64,000 nucleotides of DNA from a bacterium (GTDB taxonomy: Bacteria; Patescibacteriota; 4484-211; GCA-002791395). The DNA lies in NCBI GenBank assembly GCA_027002475.1, contig JALWZS010000038.1:46032-110031 (forward strand). Reading direction: 5' to 3'. The translations under genes were made by a program, and so were the position numbers. The stretch's first letter is position 1. Every line of letters starts with the position of its first letter. Shown here one piece after another: positions 10,114-18,358 of the stretch. Below the pieces are notes generated by a model. The model ran no database searches, was not told where the DNA came from, and saw only the letters and a program-made list of their open reading frames with translations.

Positions 10114-11627
10114 AAATTGTATTAAACGAACAAAATAGAATTTATCAATTAGTTAAAGCAATTAGGGAATCGTCAGATTTAGAGCTTGAGATTGTAGTGC
10201 CAAAGGACTCCTTGTTTAGAAGGAATCCTTTAAACGTCATATTCTTAAAAAATCTAGCACAACGATTTGGAAAACATGTGCAGATAACGGAAGATTCGTC
10301 GTCGAGTTCTGGTTCATCTCAGCCTAAGGCTACTGCAGCTGCAACTAAACCGCAAGAAGAAGCAGTCGAGATGATTAATGAGGAAACAACGGGAGGGTCT
10401 GCAGTTGAAAAATCAAGCGGAGAGGCAGAGACACCTATAGCCTCGCCAAAACGTTTTTCCGTTTCTCCTGTAAAGGTGTTAGCTGTTGTGTTCTCAATGT
10501 TGCTACTTATTATCATTGGCGGTGGAGCATTTGTTTACTATTACTTGCCGCAAGCAACAGTAACTCTTTTTGTTTCAGAAAAACTTATTGAAAAGAGTAC
10601 AACGGTAACTGTTGATGAAACTGCACAAAAGGTTGATATAGAAAAAAGAATTGTTCCAGGGAAAGAGGTACGTGTGTCGCTTGCTGGTGCGGATACATTT
10701 AAAGCTACTGGGGAAAAGACAATTGGTGAAAAAGCCACTGGAGTTGTAGAGATACGAAACTTTACGACGGCTGATGTTTTACTTGGTGCAGGGACAGTTC
10801 TTTCTACCCAACTAGAGGACGGTACACCACTTTCTTTTATATTGACTGAAAGTGTAACTTTGCCTCAGGCAACAACAGATGAGGATGTCCGTGTGGCTGG
10901 CAAAAAGACTGCTAGTGTAGAAGCTACCGATATTGGTGCGCAATATAACGTTAGCAGTGGGCACAAGTTCTCTGTTGCAGACTTTGATATAAACGATCTG
11001 TCTGCCGTAAACGATTCCGACTTCACTGGTGGAAGTACTGAGCAGGTAAAGATTGTGTCGGAAGATGACTTGCAGAGTGCAAAGGCAAAGCTGCAGGCAA
11101 AGCTTAAGACAGACCTAATAAATAAGCTAAAGCAGACGATTGGTAAGGACGAATTGTTCGAAGAAAAGTCGGTGTCTTTCTCAACGCTATCCGTTGATTC
11201 TAATCACGAAATTGGAGACGAGGCTGATTCGTTTACCGTAAACATGGAGCTAGAAGCAGTAGCTCTAGTTGTATCAAAAGAGGACATTAGGAGCGTATTA
11301 AAAGGAGAGTTGCTAGCTAATATTCCAGAAGGGTTTACTCTTTCTAAAAAAGATGAGGTAGTTACTATTCAAAACACCGAGGTTAAGGACGATAAGGTGC
11401 AAGTTAAGGCAAAGATTTCGTCACTTGTGGTGCCTGTTCTTGATACAAGTGAATTAAAAGAGCGACTACTCGGTAAAAGCCCTGCCGTAGCTGAGAGTAT
11501 TTTAAAAAGTATTGATAATGTTGAAGGGTATGATGTGCAGTTTTGGCCTGCGCTGCCTGAAGCAATAAGGACTTTCCCTCATATACCAGATAAACTTACT
11601 ATAAAGGTTGAGGTAAAAGCGGACTAG
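10110..11627 (+). CDS. bitopic membrane protein with baseplate J/gp47-like extracellular domain
   Basis: One TM segment then TG.K.IGEKATG.V.I.N, VEA..IG..YNV, N..DFTGG; ATGA overlap with the upstream gene. Confidence 0.7.
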   Translation: MKIVLNEQNRIYQLVKAIRESSDLELEIVVPKDSLFRRNPLNVIFLKNLAQRFGKHVQITEDSSSSSGSSQPKATAAATKPQEEAVEMINEETTGGSAVEKSSGEAETPIASPKRFSVSPVKVLAVVFSMLLLIIIGGGAFVYYYLPQATVTLFVSEKLIEKSTTVTVDETAQKVDIEKRIVPGKEVRVSLAGADTFKATGEKTIGEKATGVVEIRNFTTADVLLGAGTVLSTQLEDGTPLSFILTESVTLPQATTDEDVRVAGKKTASVEATDIGAQYNVSSGHKFSVADFDINDLSAVNDSDFTGGSTEQVKIVSEDDLQSAKAKLQAKLKTDLINKLKQTIGKDELFEEKSVSFSTLSVDSNHEIGDEADSFTVNMELEAVALVVSKEDIRSVLKGELLANIPEGFTLSKKDEVVTIQNTEVKDDKVQVKAKISSLVVPVLDTSELKERLLGKSPAVAESILKSIDNVEGYDVQFWPALPEAIRTFPHIPDKLTIKVEVKAD

Positions 11628-11631
11628 CATC

Positions 11632-12015
11632 GTGAGAATTCTTGCAATTGACCTTGGGTATAAACACACCGGACTGGCTATGTTTGATGAAACTCTTGGA
11701 ATTTCGCCTCTTGCAAATGTTGAACACAAAGACTTATACGAACTGCTTTCTAAGCTAATGCGTTTTATTGAGGATTATGGTTTTGACAAGATTCTTGTAG
11801 GCGATATGGGGGGCGGGGAAAACGAAGAGTACCTTAATAAGTTTGTAGATATTTTGCAAAGCCGCTTAAATTTAAAGTGTGAGATCGTGAGTGAGCGGTA
11901 TTCATCGAAACAAGCAACTAAGGAAATACAAAATACCGGCAATGTGGAGGTAAAAAAAGATCATGCATCTGCAGCGGTACAAATCTTAAGAGACTACGTA
12001 GTCAGGGATTTGTAG
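11632..12015 (+). CDS. ruvX: RuvX/YqgF family nuclease
   Basis: MRILAIDLGYKHTGLA, ERYSS, DHASAAVQIL. Confidence 0.88.
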   Translation: MRILAIDLGYKHTGLAMFDETLGISPLANVEHKDLYELLSKLMRFIEDYGFDKILVGDMGGGENEEYLNKFVDILQSRLNLKCEIVSERYSSKQATKEIQNTGNVEVKKDHASAAVQILRDYVVRDL

Positions 12016-12058
12016 GGTTGCGTTTTGGTATATGCATGAGATATATTAATAAAAGACT

Positions 12059-15000
12059 ATGAAACTAAAACTGCCTAGTTTGGTTGTTCTTATTTTAATT
12101 GGCTCATTTGCCTTGGGTAGTGTATTTATTGCTCCGCCAACAAGCGCTGATATTTTTGGCGGTGGAAGTAATTCTGGTGGTAGTATTTTTGGGAATATCT
12201 CTGATGGTGTTAGTGGTATCTTTGATGGGATAAGAGAGGCGTTCCCTGGCGGTGCAGTTATTCCTGCTGACTTACCAACGCCAACCCCAACGCCTGTTGG
12301 ATATACTTCGCCTCCTCCACAACCCCCAGCGTCGCTTGGTGATGTTCGTGAATTGAAACTAAGATTAGAATGGGATACGCTAAGCCTTGGTGGTGAGGCT
12401 GTGTACCCACAAGAAAAAGATCCACTGGTTTGTATACATCTCGGTGACGATCTTGCTGTGAGTGAGGGGTTCTCTGAGTGCGCTGGCCGTGGGTATCCTG
12501 GTGCGGTTGCTTGCGATAGGTGCGGGTTCGCCGATATAAATGATTATGCATTTGACGCCCAAAACCGTTTGGTGCGCAAAGACGTCTTAGGTATGAAGGT
12601 GGAAGCTGGTGCGGATAGTCCGCCGCCACCATCATCGCCACCTGACGGGGGACCTACGGTGGTAGCACCTTATGTGTGGGAGGTTTGTGTGCCTAGGCAA
12701 GAATGTAAGGTGGCTGACTTGACGCATGCGATTGTTGGGTGGTGTGGTCAAAATCCAGTTATTCAGAATACAGCAGGATTTAGTGCGAAAATACCAATTA
12801 ACTCTACTGGACCTAATTCATTCACGTTGCCGAATGCAGTGTCGAATAAGTATATTCGTAGGGATGGTTATGCGTTTAGGTGTGTGATTGCAGACTGTGA
12901 AAGCGGTACGTGTTCTCATGATAATTATGTTGAATTTCAGACTATGATTTACCCATCTAACGCAATCTCGATGTACTTAACTGTAGAAAATCCGTCTCAG
13001 ATCCATACAATAAATAATATTTTAATAAAATCAAATACACTAACCTTTGCTAAAGAAGGAGAAACTCCTCTACCTCACAATCTAGATTACTTAGTAGCTC
13101 AAAATGACAACAATCATAATAATCCACCTGTGGCAAATGATTTTTATAAGAATGACTATAAGCCAAGCGCCACTGGAGCACCTACTGAGGGATGGGGTTA
13201 TAAGCATGGTAATAACCTTACAGACTCGACTACAATAAATGTGAGTGGGGTCGATTTTAAAGTTAAAAAGGACACCTCTGATCCAAGTAGAGATGTTTAT
13301 TATTTTGAGTATGGCCCTTTTGACTTAGCCCCTGGACAAACTAAAAAACTACCTTACCAACCAGCTAGTGCCGAGTTTTCTATGATACCTGGGACGGCTG
13401 CAACAGTACCAGGGAGTGGACCGTCATTGGTACCACTTGCCAAACCATGTGAATGTCAGTCAGTTAAACTGCATGACGTATTAGGTACACCTCCAAATGG
13501 CTGTAATCAAGTAATAACTAATCCAACAATTAATCAGTGTCGTTTGTATTATGGAATAGGCGCAAAGCGTAATGAGGGTGGGACCATCGTTAACTATGCA
13601 GATCACTCAGGAGGATACTCTTGTGACTTGCAAGGAATAACAGTTGATGGTTGTCCACCGCCATGGTGCTTTGACGGAGCGGTCAGTCAAGTTGGTCCAA
13701 TGGACGAATGCGAAAAGATTATACAAAGGTATCCAGAGTTAGACCAGCACCCTGGTGGTCCAAATGGAAAAATAGATAACCCACAAGACTTAAATCTTGA
13801 TGGTGATTTCGATGATCCGGGTGAAGACGAATGGTGGTTCTGGAATATGTCGTCGCAGGGACCTGAGTCATTAAGTTCCTTGGGCTCGCTGGCAAAGGCG
13901 ATATTGCCCAGAGAGTTAGTGTCATTCTTTGGTGGTAAGGCCAAAGATGTCCCCGCTGAACTAGCATCTGTCAACGATGTGTCGGCGTTTGGATGTCCAC
14001 AACCGTGTCAAAACCAGCCGCCACCAGGAGTACAAGGTAAAGGTGGTATTATCCCAAGAGACTTTAACTTCATATGTGATCCGGATGACAAATACGATAG
14101 TGGAGATATGGTTGAAGAAAAGCGTTGTAGTGGAGTCGATTTTGATCCAGCTAAGAACAACAAGACAATTATCCCTCCTATAAATACGAACCACCCAGAT
14201 TTGGCGTATGATCAAATGCTTTTTAAAACATACCGTGACGTGACTGCATTAAAGGGATGTGGTTATAACGCTTCGTCGAATAATTCAGTAATTGGTCCTA
14301 TTCAAGTCGTTGCAGAATATGGCGGACGTGGCGATGCGCGCACTGGTAGATCTGTTCTCTTGGCGTCTATACCAATCGGTGGACGTATTTTAGACGACCA
14401 AGCCAGACCATATGGTTGGCCTGTAACCGGGGAGATTGAGCAAGACTGGGGTTACACTGGGCAAGCGGCAAATCAGGGTCCGTACCGTTCGACTCCATCA
14501 AGCGAGTACGGTGAGTACCGTTATTGTTCTCCTACAGATGCTATGCTCTCGCCTGACGAATTGCTTGCTACGAAGGTCTCTTGTCCTGATATTCCTGATT
14601 CGGACATAGATCAGGCAAACAATAATGCAAAGCCTAAAGCTGATTTAGTTGCTGCAATTAGTAATCCTGGCTCGATTATTAGGAACTGGGTTGCGTGTAC
14701 CCCTAATCCAAATGATGACTGTTGGCAGGAAACTATTGATAATGTAGATAAGTGTTATAACGCGGTGGTTAAAGGCGCTATGGATACAGGGAACGACCCT
14801 GCAATGGCGTTAGCTATTTGGTTGGAGGAGTCTGGCGCAAGTAACTATATGCACTTTCCTGACGTTGCGGACTTTGGATGCACAGCGGCAACACATAATA
14901 ATTTCAATGTACAGCTAGAGTGTTTCAACGGCTTGCAGGATAGTTACTATGACTGGATTCACAATCCAGCTAATTCTGCCAGAGATTGTGTAAAAAATGC

Positions 15001-15211
15001 TCCTACTGGAGAATTAAGCATAGATAAATTCCTGCTCTTGTTCCAAGGTGGTTATCGTGCTTGCGATGAGAATAATCAAGCGGGGAATCAGCACTTTAGG
15101 GATAGAATAAAGGATGCTTATAAAATTACCCAGAAAGACGGAAGGTCGCTTGAAATACCTTGTACTCTAAAATCAACTAAATGGGATGATCCGACATGTC
15201 CACAGCCATGA
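12059..15211 (+). CDS. large exported Cys-rich protein with putative C-terminal lysozyme-like domain
   Basis: Signal peptide, Pro-rich linkers, many Cys, DPAMALAIWLEESG motif. Confidence 0.6.
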   Translation: MKLKLPSLVVLILIGSFALGSVFIAPPTSADIFGGGSNSGGSIFGNISDGVSGIFDGIREAFPGGAVIPADLPTPTPTPVGYTSPPPQPPASLGDVRELKLRLEWDTLSLGGEAVYPQEKDPLVCIHLGDDLAVSEGFSECAGRGYPGAVACDRCGFADINDYAFDAQNRLVRKDVLGMKVEAGADSPPPPSSPPDGGPTVVAPYVWEVCVPRQECKVADLTHAIVGWCGQNPVIQNTAGFSAKIPINSTGPNSFTLPNAVSNKYIRRDGYAFRCVIADCESGTCSHDNYVEFQTMIYPSNAISMYLTVENPSQIHTINNILIKSNTLTFAKEGETPLPHNLDYLVAQNDNNHNNPPVANDFYKNDYKPSATGAPTEGWGYKHGNNLTDSTTINVSGVDFKVKKDTSDPSRDVYYFEYGPFDLAPGQTKKLPYQPASAEFSMIPGTAATVPGSGPSLVPLAKPCECQSVKLHDVLGTPPNGCNQVITNPTINQCRLYYGIGAKRNEGGTIVNYADHSGGYSCDLQGITVDGCPPPWCFDGAVSQVGPMDECEKIIQRYPELDQHPGGPNGKIDNPQDLNLDGDFDDPGEDEWWFWNMSSQGPESLSSLGSLAKAILPRELVSFFGGKAKDVPAELASVNDVSAFGCPQPCQNQPPPGVQGKGGIIPRDFNFICDPDDKYDSGDMVEEKRCSGVDFDPAKNNKTIIPPINTNHPDLAYDQMLFKTYRDVTALKGCGYNASSNNSVIGPIQVVAEYGGRGDARTGRSVLLASIPIGGRILDDQARPYGWPVTGEIEQDWGYTGQAANQGPYRSTPSSEYGEYRYCSPTDAMLSPDELLATKVSCPDIPDSDIDQANNNAKPKADLVAAISNPGSIIRNWVACTPNPNDDCWQETIDNVDKCYNAVVKGAMDTGNDPAMALAIWLEESGASNYMHFPDVADFGCTAATHNNFNVQLECFNGLQDSYYDWIHNPANSARDCVKNAPTGELSIDKFLLLFQGGYRACDENNQAGNQHFRDRIKDAYKITQKDGRSLEIPCTLKSTKWDDPTCPQP

Positions 15212-17361
15212 TGAATAGAAAAAGAATACTAGCAATAATAGGAGGAATCGGAATAGCGTTATTTGTATTCTTCGGTACTCGATTTGTCGCGTATAAAACA
15301 GATAATAGTCTATTCCAAAACGAGGTGCGAGCGAGCGGGTCGGTTCAGTGGGGGATAAACATAGATCCAGCAAATCCAGACGGACATCCTTCTGCTGCAA
15401 GTCTTGGTAATGCAGGTTGGGTGAGGGTTGAGTTTAAGGACTGCAGTGATACAGATCCTGTCGGTGCGACTACTATCAGTCAATACACGAATGTTTTGTC
15501 TGAGTATCATAACGCAGGGATGAAGGTACTACTAATACTTGATTATCTAAGCTATCCAAATGCAGCAGATAATATAGATAAATTTGCGAAAAGGGTGGAG
15601 CATGTTGCAGAGAAACTTGGACATGATCTTAATTATATTGACGCGTATGAAATATGGAATGAAGAAGATCTTGCATCAATATACCCTCTTGATACTGCAA
15701 CTTATGCCAGTGTACTATCAGCACTATCTAGTGCAATAAGAGCTAAAGACCCAGGTAAACCCATTGTAATGGGAGGGTTGGCGTCGGGGCAGCCAAGTTA
15801 TGTAAGTTCTGTCAAGAACGCATTAGGAGGTAACCTTGATGCAGTTGATGCAATAGGAGTTCACCCTTACACAAAAGACGTTGACGGATATCCTGGGGGA
15901 GGGACAGGCGACATTATCGAGCTCATAGATCAATATAGGGCTGTGGCAGATAATAAGCCTATTTGGATTACTGAGATGGGGCTTGATACTACCGATGAGG
16001 CGCAGCAAGCGAATTATATTTTAAAATTAGATCAAGAGTTAAATAAACCAAGCAATGCGGGACATGTACCTGTTGTTACTTGGTTCGCCTGGAGTGATGG
16101 AATGGTATCTCCTTTTGGTATTGTAAAGGATTATTCGATAGCTAAGGCATCATATAATTCTTATTTTAATGTGCTTGGCGTATCGATACCAACGGTACGA
16201 GCACAATCGAGTGTCTCTGATATCTCTCCAGAAGGTGGAACTAGTTGTGGTGGGGCGCCAGAAAATCCGGGTCTAACTGCAAAAGAGGGATACATTCATC
16301 CAGGAATTGACATTAGACCGCAAAGGGGTGTTGCTAGCTCAAGCTATGTATACAGTACGCATGCGGGTTTTGTAACTTATGCTGGTCCTGCTCCTGTCAG
16401 TATTAAAGAACGCGGTTGGATGGTGCAAATTGAATCAGACTTAAATAGAGATAATGTGCCTGATGTAATCACTCGTTATACCCACATGATGCCAAATAGT
16501 TTAAGAATAAATGATGTTTGGTACAGGCGTTTTGCTTTTACTCCTGAGTATTTTGTTAGCTTGATTAATGGTATGGACGGAATAGAAAAGTTGCCGTTTG
16601 GGTATGGACCATATGTGGCTAGGAACCAGCTTTTGGGTATGGTTGGGGATAGTGGCAGTCCAGGGCATGTTCATATTCAGTACGAGATTTTGACGAATAG
16701 ATTTAGGTCGCTATATGGATTGGGGCTAGATACTGATGTGCCATATGCATGTTCAGACTCGCCATATGTTGAAGCTTGTTCGCCAGATGCTGGTAGACCA
16801 GGATTTTTCTTCCCACAGAATAGCAGAAAGCCTGCTAGGGTTCGTGGGCCTGTGTACTCAAATGCAGGGTTTGTAACTCCTCCACCAGCATTAACTCCAA
16901 TTGTGATTACTCCAACGCCAGCACCAGCGACTCCTACGCCTGATCCAAACCTACCAACACCGACTCCTGGTCCTACAGCAACTCCAGGTCCAACTCCTCC
17001 TGTAGGACCTGGTTGTGCTGACTTTGATTGCTTCACTATGTGTGCCAGCGTTGATGCTAGCAATACACTTTACGTTGAACTTTTCTGGAATTTCCACGAT
17101 CCCTCAACGAATCCTGGCGCATGTTATTGTGGTGACTTAAGCGATCATGAAATTAGGATCAATGGGGTTTCTTTTGGGCGACCGGCGGAGCTTAATGTGA
17201 TATCAGCTGCCCTGCCTCATAGGGTTTGGACTAACGGTGGGCACTCTGTGGGAGATCAGGTCTGCCGCTATAAAGGGAATTATGTTGCAGTGCCTGGATG
17301 GGACGATGCATGTAGACAACAGAACGATTGGGCTCAGTGTGTTAATGCGGTAGCTAGATAA
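15208..17361 (+). CDS. membrane-anchored clan-A glycoside hydrolase (GH5/GH39-like) fused to M23 peptidase
   Basis: N-terminal TM; YEIWNEE, HPY, WITEMG; HPGID, YTHM, GMVGDSG..GHVHIQYE; PT-rich linker. Start placed at the ATGA overlap. Confidence 0.8.
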   Translation: MMNRKRILAIIGGIGIALFVFFGTRFVAYKTDNSLFQNEVRASGSVQWGINIDPANPDGHPSAASLGNAGWVRVEFKDCSDTDPVGATTISQYTNVLSEYHNAGMKVLLILDYLSYPNAADNIDKFAKRVEHVAEKLGHDLNYIDAYEIWNEEDLASIYPLDTATYASVLSALSSAIRAKDPGKPIVMGGLASGQPSYVSSVKNALGGNLDAVDAIGVHPYTKDVDGYPGGGTGDIIELIDQYRAVADNKPIWITEMGLDTTDEAQQANYILKLDQELNKPSNAGHVPVVTWFAWSDGMVSPFGIVKDYSIAKASYNSYFNVLGVSIPTVRAQSSVSDISPEGGTSCGGAPENPGLTAKEGYIHPGIDIRPQRGVASSSYVYSTHAGFVTYAGPAPVSIKERGWMVQIESDLNRDNVPDVITRYTHMMPNSLRINDVWYRRFAFTPEYFVSLINGMDGIEKLPFGYGPYVARNQLLGMVGDSGSPGHVHIQYEILTNRFRSLYGLGLDTDVPYACSDSPYVEACSPDAGRPGFFFPQNSRKPARVRGPVYSNAGFVTPPPALTPIVITPTPAPATPTPDPNLPTPTPGPTATPGPTPPVGPGCADFDCFTMCASVDASNTLYVELFWNFHDPSTNPGACYCGDLSDHEIRINGVSFGRPAELNVISAALPHRVWTNGGHSVGDQVCRYKGNYVAVPGWDDACRQQNDWAQCVNAVAR

Positions 17362-17366
17362 ATATT

Positions 17367-18356
17367 ATGTTGGATAAAATACGACAATTTACAATTTTAA
17401 CGAAAGCAATGAGTGCGTTCGTCAAGCTAGTTGCAATGGTTATAGTCGTTATCCTTTTGGTGTGGCAGTTGACTGGTCATAAGACAAATGTTGTTGAACA
17501 GAATGCCATAACTAGCTCAACATTTAGCATGGTTGATGCATTAAATACCGTACCTGTTGATGTTAACCTAGAAAAAGATGTCGACAAGTTTGAGGTTTAT
17601 AAAATGCCAATGTTTGCGTTGTCGTTACCTGATGCTAATTTATTTTCAGATGTAACCGCACAATTTGTTGCGCACGCGTTAGGGTTTACTCCAAAGGCTC
17701 AAGTTATGAACTCGGGAGATTTTGCGGGTTATAAGGAAGACGTCAAAACTTTAACTTTTGACAGAAAGTTAGGACAAGTCAACTACTCAACTATTTTAAG
17801 CATTGTTAATAAGGCTATTCCTAAGAGTGAGGCGTCACATAAGGATGTACAAAGTGCAGTTAAAAAGTTTTTTGAGAACTCGAAACTTCCTACTACGTTT
17901 TTTGACTTAGAGAATCTTGAGTATCAATCCATGGTGATGGATTCGGTTGGGGTTTTGTCCCCGGCGGTGTTGACTTCAGGGCGATTAACGAAGGTCGTGA
18001 TTCCTTATCAAGTTTCTGGGGTGCGCATACTACTACCAATTGAGAGTTATATGGTGGTAGATGGTAATGGCACTATTCGACTGATGACATTGTTTTTCCC
18101 GAACATTACTTTAACTGACAAAATGTACACGTTAATGAGTTGGTCTTCGGCAAAAAAGATTGCGCAGTCTGGTGGCGCCGCTGTTATTAGTTATGCTGCT
18201 AATTCTACCAAGGATTTTAGTATTGAGAAATCTTACGCAGCGTATTACATTAATCAAAGAGAATTTTACTCGATCGACAAAAGAAGGATTTTAAAACCAA
18301 TATATGTTTTTGAAGGAGATGGTGGTGTATTAGCAGTACCGGCAGAAAAATTATAA
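17367..18356 (+). CDS. membrane-anchored hypothetical protein
   Basis: 329-aa ORF with N-terminal TM and C-terminal LKPIYVFEG. Confidence 0.6.
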   Translation: MLDKIRQFTILTKAMSAFVKLVAMVIVVILLVWQLTGHKTNVVEQNAITSSTFSMVDALNTVPVDVNLEKDVDKFEVYKMPMFALSLPDANLFSDVTAQFVAHALGFTPKAQVMNSGDFAGYKEDVKTLTFDRKLGQVNYSTILSIVNKAIPKSEASHKDVQSAVKKFFENSKLPTTFFDLENLEYQSMVMDSVGVLSPAVLTSGRLTKVVIPYQVSGVRILLPIESYMVVDGNGTIRLMTLFFPNITLTDKMYTLMSWSSAKKIAQSGGAAVISYAANSTKDFSIEKSYAAYYINQREFYSIDKRRILKPIYVFEGDGGVLAVPAEKL

Positions 18357-18358
18357 AG

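Noticed and set aside
10110-11627. Prophage or contractile injection system suggested by the baseplate-J-like domain
   Set aside because: No sheath, tube, spike, capsid, terminase or integrase in the window; the protein is membrane-anchored among core genes.
15196-15211. Frameshift joining the 1050-aa and 721-aa ORFs
   Set aside because: The second ORF has its own ATGA-coupled start and N-terminal TM anchor, and no slippery site is evident.
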